Shown here: positions 46,044 through 54,300 of the stretch, piece by piece
Layout of the letters: each line of letters begins with the position of its first letter
Position numbering within the stretch: position 1 is the first letter of the stretch
From: Armatimonadetes bacterium CG2_30_59_28
Lineage (GTDB): Bacteria; Armatimonadota; Abditibacteriia; CG2-30-59-28
Length of the DNA stretch: 64,000 bases
Assembly: GCA_001872605.1 (NCBI GenBank)
Contig: MNXM01000153.1
Location: 5,100-69,099 of the forward strand
Direction of reading: 5' to 3'
Program-made: the position numbers and the translations under genes
The notes under the pieces: generated by a model
What the model was told of the DNA's origin: nothing
Databases searched by the model: none
Seen by the model: only the letters and a program-made list of their open reading frames with translations

Positions 46044-48788
46044 TTAACCCGTCTTTTCCAGCTTCATGCCGCACTTCGGACAATCCCCTGGCTTGTCTGA
46101 CTTCACTTCCGGGTGCATCGGACAGGTATACATCGCTTCGGCTTCAACACCTCCTTTACTTACCGGCTCCAAACGCATCCCGCACTTGGGACAGTCGCCC
46201 GGTTTGTTCGACTTGACCTCCGCGTGCATCGGGCAGGTGTAAGTCACCTTGGATTTCACTTCCACCCGGACCTTGGGCTTGGGAGGCGCACCGTAGGACT
46301 TGTGCGATACAACGGTCGGCTCAAGGCGCATGCCGCATTTTGGGCAGTCGCCCGGCTTGTTCGATTTGATCTCCGGGTGCATCGGGCAACTGTAGACTTT
46401 CCCGGGAGCGGTTCTTGACCCCTGAGCGGGTGACTTCATCGCGTGGTCTCCATGGCCGGTTCCCGCTGGCTCTTCCACCGGGGTGACTTGAGGCGGCGCT
46501 TCTTCCGAGGGTTTCAGCGTTGCGGGACCCTCTTTCCCCCATGCTGTCGGGAACACGGAATCCCCTTCCTTCAGCTTCTCGTGCCCGGCCCAGATGACCG
46601 AGTCGCCTTCGTTGAGCCCCGACAGGACGACCGTCCGCTTGCCATCGGTGGGCCCCAGCGTCACCATCACTCGATGCGCCCGGAACTGGCCGCCCTTGGT
46701 CATCGGCTCCAGCTTCATGCTACACTTTGGGCATTTGCCCGGCTTGTCCCGCACAATCTCCGGGTGCATGGTGCAGTAGTACTGCATCTTGCCGGTCTCC
46801 TTGCGCCCGATAGCCACCCAGACTGCCGGCTGCTTTTCGGTATAGAAGACACCGGTCGCTTGTGGTGTAACGTGCATAATTGCCTGGTTGGGAACAGTGA
46901 TAGCCTCCGGAATTCCTCCCGTGGCAATTCTCATCGTGATAAATTCGCCGGGGAGAAAGCGCTTATCCGGGTTGGGTGTGAGCGCCTCAACCACGGCGGT
47001 GCGCGCGGTTGGGTCGACAGCGGGGAAGACCGACGTAACCTTTGCGACAATGGGTCTATCGGGGTGTTTTGCGCTGGTCACCATTATACGGTTACCCACC
47101 TGAATGTTGTTAAGGTCCTGCTCCGCGACATTGGCTTGCAGTCGGATGGGATCGATCTCAGCAATTCGCAGGATCGGGGTGCCCGGACTGACAAGGACCC
47201 CGGGGCTGACGAGCCGCTGAATGACGACGCCCGGCCGAGTCGCGCGGATTTCGGTGTAGCCTCGCACGGTGGTGGCGGCGGTGAAGCCTGCCGCAGTTTG
47301 TCCCACCATGGCCGACATCTGCGCCACCTTCGACGATGCGCCCTTCACCTCTGACTCGGCGGAGCGAACCATCGACTTCGTCGCAGTGATGCCCGCCCGC
47401 GCCTGATCGACTTTTGCCTGGGTAGCAGAGACTACGGCGCGGTTCTGCTCGATACGAGCCTTCACGCGATCTACCTCCGCCTCGGCTGTTGCGATCATTG
47501 TTCGGGTCACATCCACATTGGCCCGATAGTGATGCACGTGAGAGTCCGCGGTTTTGATCATCGCCTGCGCCTTGCGAACCCTTGCCTGAACCTGGTCCAC
47601 TTTGGCCCTGGCGCTGTCGTGCTGAGCCTTTTCCCGCTGAAACTCCTCCGCCGAAATGGCGCCCTGCTTAACCAATTGCTGTTCCCTCTTAAGTTCTTCG
47701 ACCCAGTAGGCATAGTCCGCCTGTGCGGCTACGAGGTCGGCCTGGGCGTCGCCTAAATCCGCGCGGGCCGCCTCTGACTCCGCCTCCATCGCGTCAGACT
47801 CGTGCTCCATCGCCACGAGTTCTTGACGACTCGCGAGCAGCTTCTTTTCGGCGACAGTCAGTTCCTTCTGCGACTCAACCACCATTGCTCTCGCGCTCTC
47901 GACGTCCCGCTGGGCCTCCGATAACATCGCCTGACTTCGGTTGACCTCCGCTTCAGCCTGAGACCGCGCGGCACTGGCTTTTCCTACCTGAGCGGAGGCT
48001 TCACGCTGGCCGTGGGCGGCAGCTTCGCGACTGTACGCAGCCTCCCGTTCCCGCGCTCCCAGCTCCACGCTGTCCAGGCGCGCGATCAGTTGTCCGGGCT
48101 GCACGCGGTCGCCGGGATAGACCGGCAGCGACACGATCTTGCCGACGACGCGTGGATAGATATCCTCATCGTTCTTTGCGACAACCTGTCCGGTATAGGT
48201 GACCGCTGCCTCGAAATCACGACGCGCAATCTTCTCGATGGCGACCGGCGCCGCACCGACAGGAGGTTTCATCGCACTCATATCCATCGCCTGCGCCTCA
48301 ATCACCGTCATGGAGCCTGGCTTGCGGTACTTCTTGACGACGTGACGTACACCGATCAGAATGACCACCAAAGTCAACGTCCCGACCACAAATTGCCGGT
48401 TGAGCAGTTTCCGGGGAGACAGCTTCATCCCTCTCCGGGCGGACATGACAACCCCCAGGAGAACAAGTACGCCTATTCCGAGAAACAAGAAGAGCCGGGA
48501 TCGCGGGTTTGCTTGCTTCATCCCCGGCATCGCCCTATCTCCTCCGGCGTTCTGCTCCTGCTTGCCCATGTCACTCATGCCTTCGTGGCTGTCCATGTCG
48601 CTGCCCGACTGAGCGTGCACGGGAGCCAGCCACACCGTCCCGCCGGGGTGCGGAGCCCACGCTGTCAGGAGCGTCAGGCACAGACTCATCAGAGCAACCG
48701 TTATCCTGTCGGATTGACGCGCCGCCTCAAGGAATCTCTCACCTCCGCGGAGAGACTTGGTCGTTTTCTTACATTGATGCTTCAACAT
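46044..48788 (-). CDS. RND periplasmic adaptor (MFP) with very long hairpin and four HMBD repeats
   Basis: IYPRVVGKIVSLPVYPGDRVQPGQLIARLD, IRATRPGVV, VDPTART, four YxCxMH-x-CPKCxMxL repeats; RBS AGGGAGG before ATG 48788. Confidence 0.9.
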   Translation of the reverse strand: MLKHQCKKTTKSLRGGERFLEAARQSDRITVALMSLCLTLLTAWAPHPGGTVWLAPVHAQSGSDMDSHEGMSDMGKQEQNAGGDRAMPGMKQANPRSRLFLFLGIGVLVLLGVVMSARRGMKLSPRKLLNRQFVVGTLTLVVILIGVRHVVKKYRKPGSMTVIEAQAMDMSAMKPPVGAAPVAIEKIARRDFEAAVTYTGQVVAKNDEDIYPRVVGKIVSLPVYPGDRVQPGQLIARLDSVELGAREREAAYSREAAAHGQREASAQVGKASAARSQAEAEVNRSQAMLSEAQRDVESARAMVVESQKELTVAEKKLLASRQELVAMEHESDAMEAESEAARADLGDAQADLVAAQADYAYWVEELKREQQLVKQGAISAEEFQREKAQHDSARAKVDQVQARVRKAQAMIKTADSHVHHYRANVDVTRTMIATAEAEVDRVKARIEQNRAVVSATQAKVDQARAGITATKSMVRSAESEVKGASSKVAQMSAMVGQTAAGFTAATTVRGYTEIRATRPGVVIQRLVSPGVLVSPGTPILRIAEIDPIRLQANVAEQDLNNIQVGNRIMVTSAKHPDRPIVAKVTSVFPAVDPTARTAVVEALTPNPDKRFLPGEFITMRIATGGIPEAITVPNQAIMHVTPQATGVFYTEKQPAVWVAIGRKETGKMQYYCTMHPEIVRDKPGKCPKCSMKLEPMTKGGQFRAHRVMVTLGPTDGKRTVVLSGLNEGDSVIWAGHEKLKEGDSVFPTAWGKEGPATLKPSEEAPPQVTPVEEPAGTGHGDHAMKSPAQGSRTAPGKVYSCPMHPEIKSNKPGDCPKCGMRLEPTVVSHKSYGAPPKPKVRVEVKSKVTYTCPMHAEVKSNKPGDCPKCGMRLEPVSKGGVEAEAMYTCPMHPEVKSDKPGDCPKCGMKLEKTG

Positions 48789-48904
48789 CGTTCTTTCCTC
48801 CCTGCGTACAATCAAAGGGCAGTGGGTTGAGTCTACTCCTCATGCAGGTGCAATGAGAAAAGAGCACTCGATCCGAGAGGAGAGGTGTCCCCTCCCCAGC
48901 ACTG

Positions 48905-49330
48905 CTAATGGTCCTCGTCGTGTCCATGGCCCTCGTGGGCATGGCCAATCTTAGCTTCCAAGAACATCCCGCATTCCGAGCATTTTCCTGGTTTGTCCCG
49001 TTTCACTTCAGGATGCATGGGGCAGATGTAAGTGACCTTGGTTCCTTCCGGCGCTTTTGCCTGGAGGAACATTCCGCACTTTGGGCATTTCCCCGGCTTG
49101 TCCTGCTGGACGTCGGGATGCATCGGACACGTGTACGTGATATTCGCGGCGTCCGTGCCACTTTCACTGCCGGATTCCGGCGTCGCTGCCGGCGCTTCCG
49201 GCGGAGTCGCCATCGGAGGGGGAGCCACTCCCCCTTCTGACGACAAGTTGCTGCTGTTCTTGCTGCACCCCCACAGGGCGAAAGCTGCGATTCCGAGCAG
49301 CAGTCCCAGGATTGTTACGCGTTTCAACAT
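48905..49330 (-). CDS. Lipoprotein with two HMBD repeats and His-rich tail
   Basis: Lipobox LWGC; YTCPMHP...CPKCGMFL, YICPMHP...CSECGMFL; HAHEGHGHDEDH. Confidence 0.88.
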   Translation of the reverse strand: MLKRVTILGLLLGIAAFALWGCSKNSSNLSSEGGVAPPPMATPPEAPAATPESGSESGTDAANITYTCPMHPDVQQDKPGKCPKCGMFLQAKAPEGTKVTYICPMHPEVKRDKPGKCSECGMFLEAKIGHAHEGHGHDEDH

Positions 49331-49411
49331 CTAACCTTACCTCCAATCAAGTGTTTCCCTCGGCGGGATTCATCCATTCACATCGCGGGCGGCGGTCTCT
49401 TCGTTACCTTC

Positions 49412-49574
49412 GGGTGCATCCCGGAATTACGGAAAAGCGGATACATCGATTTTGTCGCCGTAGGATAAAGCTCCAGCTTTGTCAGTGGCAGACCTCTTTC
49501 CCGCAATTCCAATGTGTATCTGACAAAGCTGGAGCTTTATCCTACGGCAATCTCCGTAATTCCGGGATGCACCC
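49412..49574. mobile_element. MITE family B (GGGTG...CACCC ends, 163 bp) enclosing a REP doublet
   Basis: Perfect 22-bp TIR GGGTGCATCCCGGAATTACGGA; flanks TTACCTTC/TTACCTTT. Confidence 0.88.
49457..49548. repeat. GTAG-type REP doublet (REPIN-like), 29-bp perfect inverted arms
   Basis: GCCGTAGGATAAAGCTCCAGCTTTGTCAG and its exact inverse; GTAG followed by hairpin GATAAAGCT-CC-AGCTTTGTC. Confidence 0.8.
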
Positions 49575-49588
49575 TTACCTTTTGCGTA

Positions 49589-50242
49589 TCAGTGAGTATG
49601 TCGATGGCCACCTCCTTCATCGCCCTCGTGATGGTCGGGAGAGGGAGTGGCGGTTTGGTGATGTTCCTCCGCCTCGGCAGGCATTTCAGTTTCCGCAGGG
49701 GTTTGCATGTTCTCGTGGTGACCGCCGGGAGACGCGCCACCGTGGTGATGAAACACTTCTTCAGCAGGCGCCACGAGGGGCACGGCGATTCTAACGGCCG
49801 CCCCCTCAACGAACACCATGCGGCTCCCAATATCCGCCGTTTGCAGGATCAGCAGCACGGTGACGGCCAACACGGCCACGAACGCCCACATACCTTTGGG
49901 TTGCGACTGACTCTGCCAAAAGCTCCAGAGGGTGAGGGCCCCCGCAAGCCCGAGGGTCATCCATCCTACTGCCTTGTGCGTTTGCATCATGGCATGTATC
50001 GTCGCATTGTGAGGGAAGGACTCCTGCGCCCCCAGACCAGTCAGAAAAGCAAGCAAAACGCCCGCAGTGCCCAGATAAAGGCACGTTCTGCCAGCGCCCG
50101 AGAAGAACGGTTTCTTCAGAACCGCTCCGAGAAAGTATAGCAACAGTGCGCTGGGGAACAGCGCGATAGGGAAATGAACGAACATGGGGTGGACATTGTA
50201 GACCTCCCGAATTCCCTGAAAACCCAAGTGACTGAAATTCAT
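49589..50242 (-). CDS. DUF2231-like membrane protein with His-rich C-terminal tail
   Basis: NVHPMFVHFPIAL, LTGL, THK, TADIGSRMVF; 4 TM; HHH-rich tail. Confidence 0.82.
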   Translation of the reverse strand: MNFSHLGFQGIREVYNVHPMFVHFPIALFPSALLLYFLGAVLKKPFFSGAGRTCLYLGTAGVLLAFLTGLGAQESFPHNATIHAMMQTHKAVGWMTLGLAGALTLWSFWQSQSQPKGMWAFVAVLAVTVLLILQTADIGSRMVFVEGAAVRIAVPLVAPAEEVFHHHGGASPGGHHENMQTPAETEMPAEAEEHHQTATPSPDHHEGDEGGGHRHTH

Positions 50243-50421
50243 GGCGTCGCTCCTTCGTTCTCAATGCATCATACGGGGGATTCGAATTGCCAGACCATCC
50301 CCTCAGGGACATATCCTGAAGGAAAGCTGCGTGGGCCGCCGCCTGCGGTATGCGCACGAAGTGCGGTGGGATAGTGTCTATTTATCGTTCATCCCCTGCG
50401 CAAATCGTTGCAGGTTCTGGA

Positions 50422-50862
50422 TTAGACGGTTTGAGGAGGGGCGCGAAGGCGCCTGGGTTGTTTAGTGTTGGATTGCAGGAGTAAATTGGGATGTTGAGCA
50501 AGTGCGAGCGCGGGCCCTATTTGGGGGACGATGAGAATGGGCCCGGGGACGTGTGCGCCGACGCTATCGTTCGTCCGTTCACATACGCGCTTCTCGGGAA
50601 GGGGATAGCACTCGTCGAGAGGGGCCCGGGGGGAAGCCTTCAGGGCGCAACCGCAATCTTTCCCTGGGGAGGCGGCGGAGTCGCAACAGCAAGAGCCACC
50701 GGATCCCGAACTCGGGCAACGCACTGAGACGGCGCGTAATTGCCCATTTTCCCTTGGGCAGCAGAGGCGCATCGGCGCAATTACTGCCACCGATGCCACC
50801 CACACCAGCAGCAGAAGCAACGCCGTTTGCGCCCTGATTCTACAATTGCCTTGCAGGTTCAT
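50422..50862 (-). CDS. Cys-rich exported leader protein ending in RAPP (DUF2946/CutF/CruR-like arrest peptide candidate)
   Basis: Hydrophobic signal-like segment, 11 Cys (CC, CCC, CGC), C-terminus RRLRAPPQTV*; GGAG RBS; first ORF after the promoter. Confidence 0.72.
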   Translation of the reverse strand: MNLQGNCRIRAQTALLLLLVWVASVAVIAPMRLCCPRENGQLRAVSVRCPSSGSGGSCCCDSAASPGKDCGCALKASPRAPLDECYPLPEKRVCERTNDSVGAHVPGPILIVPQIGPALALAQHPNLLLQSNTKQPRRLRAPPQTV

Positions 50863-50893
50863 TCTGTTTTCTCTCCGAGTGACTTCCGACCAT

Positions 50894-50922
50894 AGTATGC
50901 GCTATGAATGCTCAACTGTCAA
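50894..50922 (-). promoter_or_regulatory. Sigma-70 promoter of the metal island (TTGACA-N17-CATACT)
   Basis: TGTCAA at 50917-50922, AGTATG at 50894-50899; alternative -10 TACTAT at 19-nt spacing. Confidence 0.7.
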
Positions 50923-50938
50923 GCGCCACAAAACATCC

Positions 50939-51225
50939 GGGTGCAAGTCAGATTTGTGAGAATCCACCCCAGCCGGAACCATAGGCGCCTATAATTTCGA
51001 AACCGACAGTGATTGTGTAACGGAGTTCGCGGTTTGTCGGTCCTGAGTGAGTTCATGCAACAACCCCCATCCTCGAACCCTTTGGGTTCGCGAACCCTTT
51101 GGGTTCGAGGATGGGGGTTGTTACTGTCCCCTTTCACTCGCGTAAGTCTTTCCAACCTCTCGTTTACGCCTGCCCGGCCCCAGGGAGCTGATTGCCACCA
51201 CGCATCACAAATCTTACTTACACCC
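50939..51225 (-). mobile_element. MITE family A, copy 2 (complete, 287 bp)
   Basis: TIRs GGGTGCAAGTCAGATTTGTGA / TCACAAATCTTACTTACACCC; flanks AAAACATCC/GAAACATCC; central nested palindrome. Confidence 0.92.
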
Positions 51226-51234
51226 GAAACATCC

Positions 51235-51315
51235 GGGTGCAAGTCAGACTGGTGGCAGCCGACATTCCCGTAAGGGCGTTTCGCGGTGGGCGCGTCGGCC
51301 TGCCCGGCCAGGGAG
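51235..51315. mobile_element. Older diverged family A-related MITE remnant abutting copy 2
   Basis: Starts GGGTGCAAGTCAGA right after the duplicated target; contains CCTGCCCGGCCAGGGAG similar to the family A internal motif. Confidence 0.6.
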
Positions 51316-51339
51316 ACCGTCCCCCATACAAGGCATCTT

Positions 51340-54300
51340 TCACTCCACTGCCGCCATATCATTGGTGACGACGATACGACCCAGCCGGGCGTCCTTCGAC
51401 AACTCGTCCAATGTCAGTTCATGGCGGCCTGCGGTGAGTTTGAGGACGGCTACCCGAACCCACGCCCATGTGCCGGCGGATCCCTCCAAGTCGCCGACCG
51501 ACTTGCCATCAACCTTAAGGATGGCGAGTTGCCCTTTTCCTGCGGCGCGAACCCAGATCGCGAAGCCACCTTCGTGGGGAATGTCTATTGTCCACGTCGC
51601 GCTTCCAGGTCCGCGGAGATATTCGCGCTGAGGGGGGCGTCCGTTCGAAGCAAGTGACGCGCCGGCGGCCAGCGTTGCCTGCTGCACATCCCCGCGGAGA
51701 TACGCGCCACTGTCTTCCGTGGATTCTGTTACGCGAGACAGAGACACATCATCGAGGTACAGTTCCGCCTCCACCGCCTCGCGTGAGTTCGTGTTGAGTG
51801 CGAGGTAGTTCCCTGTATTCCATTCGGGGATAGTCCCGTCCGCAGACAGTTTCTGCCAGGCGCCCATGCGATTCAGGTCGTAGGCATTGGTAATCTGTCC
51901 GCCGCGTGAGCCGTGAACGTCTCGGTAGGTGACACGCAGCGATGGCGCTGGGGTGCCGGGGCTGAGCTTGTCAACTCGCAGCCAACAGGTGAGACGGTAG
52001 TTCACTTCGGGTTTCAGCCACGTGATCTCCGTCGGGTCCCCGCCAGTATCGTAGCGTGTGTTGAAGTATTCGTTTTGTCCCCTCAACCGGCCGCGCCACA
52101 TGAGGGATGCCGCGCCGGAATGCTTCACATTCGTCGTGCGAACCATCTCCCCGCCGCGCGGCGTCCATCCGGCGATATCTTCTTCAAAGTCCGGGTTGGG
52201 GACATTGGTGGGCAGCAAGCGACGCGCGGGGTTCTTTAACTCAGCCTGAATTTTCGCGAGGTACGTGGCGAAAGGACTGCCGGGCAGTCTTGCGAATTGA
52301 TCCAGTCCCTGCACCAGCGAGCAGAGAGAATAGGCGCTGTGTTTTCCCACACCGCCGATCGTTTGCCAGGAAGCCGCGAGGGACTGCCGGAGAATCTGGT
52401 TGATTTCTTCGTTCTTCATCCGTTGAGCGCCGAAGGCAAGCCCTTCCAGCATGATGGCGATGGAAGCCGGCCCCGCTCCCGATTCCGGGCAAGAGGTGTA
52501 GTGGAAACCCATTACGTCCGGTTCCCACATAGTATCGATGATGAACTTTGCGATGCCGGTGATGGCTTCCGCGGCTTGCGGGTCGCGGGTGGCATCGTAG
52601 TACATCTTCAGCCCCGTCATCAGAACGCCCAGCATAAAACCCGCTTCGCCGAAGTGTTTCTTTTCACAGTTGCAGTGGCCGGTTGGCAGTTCATGATAGT
52701 AGAAACCGCGACCTCCGGTGGCCGCTGACTTCTCCTGCACCTTCCGCATCATCAGACGCGCTGCGTTAAGGTAGTACGGATCCCGCGTCGCGTTGTAGGC
52801 GCCCATGACGAGAATGGTCATCCAGCCTGGCTCGCGGGCGTTGCCGAAGTCGAAGTTGGTCGTCTGCGGTCCGGCAGCCCAGTCGGAAATCAGCTTCGCC
52901 GTCTCCCAGGATCGTCGGTCGCCTCCGAAGAGGAAGTGCTCGCAAAGTCCCTGTGCCCAGATGTGTCCTCGATTATCCGACCACCCGGTACCGGCGTATC
53001 CTTTCATGTCCTTATACTTGTTGTCGTAGTAGCCCGCGGTGTGACCGATGGAGTGAATCCACTGCTGGCCGACGCGACGATCGTCGGTGGCGTGGTGACG
53101 CGTGTCCACGTCGCCTTCGTGGAGGGCCGCCTCTGCGGCGCGGTGGAAGAACACCGCGTCTCCCGTTCGAGCGAACTGGGTCAGCATGGCGTGGGCCATG
53201 TCGTATTCCAGATTGCCCCAGTTCCATGCGCGTTCGCCGTACCAGTCGCCGAAGTTCATTATTCCGTATTCACGCTGAGCGGCGCGTCTCCCGAGCACGT
53301 TCTCGGCTGTCGCTTTCAGCGCCTCGTCATAGCCGGGGAATTGATCCCGCGCGGCCACCGCCAACCCACGCAATGCGCCGGTCTTCTCGATGTAGTCCGG
53401 CGGACAGGAAGCCACCGGCGGGTCGCCAACAAGTGAGTCTGCCTCTGGCAATGAGGCTGGTGCCAACCACAGCGTGTGCGTCTTGCTGAATCCCTGCCGG
53501 AAAGCGTAGTTGCCGTCGCGCAGATGGAAGTAGAGCTTGTCTTCATCGAGCCGACCTGCGTAGAAACCCGCGGGCAATGCCGGACAAATCCCAAGCGCCA
53601 ATCCTTCCCCGGTGGCGCCCACGGACTTCGGATACTGCTCCCAGCAGTGGCGCACAAGCAGCCGCGCCCCGCCGCACTTGACCCCGCCGGCGAGACGCTT
53701 TCCCTTCCCAGTGCCCGGTTCCACCACCCATTCGCTGTCTTCCCTCTGGATGACCCGCTGCCCCGTGGTCAGTGTCAGCGGCGCTCCGTCGGTGAAGACT
53801 GTTGGTTGACCGATCAGTCCATCGAAGCGCAGATCAAGCTGACGGAAGGAGGTCATCTCCTGCGTCGTGATGTCATTGGCAAACGTGTAGTCGCAACGAA
53901 GGTAGGGCTTCCCCGCAAACGCGTACCACCGCATCACGTATCCGAAGTGGGACTTGCCATCCGTTGACCGGTGGTGCCCGTCGATGCGAACAACGGTCCG
54001 GATTGGGCCCTGCTCCTCCACGACCACAGATTCTGGTGTGGCGGAATAAGTGACGCCGTCTCCGGCAATGAGCGCGGCGCGCGGCAGTGGCATGTCCTGT
54101 GTTCCGAGTCGAACGATTCCTGTCCCGTCCGTCCGCCCTTCGATGGAAGCCGATGCGCCAATAACCCGAAACGACTTACCTTCAACCTTCACCGTCGCGT
54201 GAGGCGTGGGTGATGTTGGGCGGACTTGCCGCCCGTACTCAAGGGTAACCTTGCTGTCTAACTTGGGGGCAAGGAAGGAGACCCGCAACCAACAGATGCT

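Noticed and set aside
50892-50922. MerR-type 19-bp-spacer promoter (TTGACA-N19-TACTAT)
   Set aside because: No clear dyad in the spacer and no MerR gene in the window; the 17-bp reading is sufficient.
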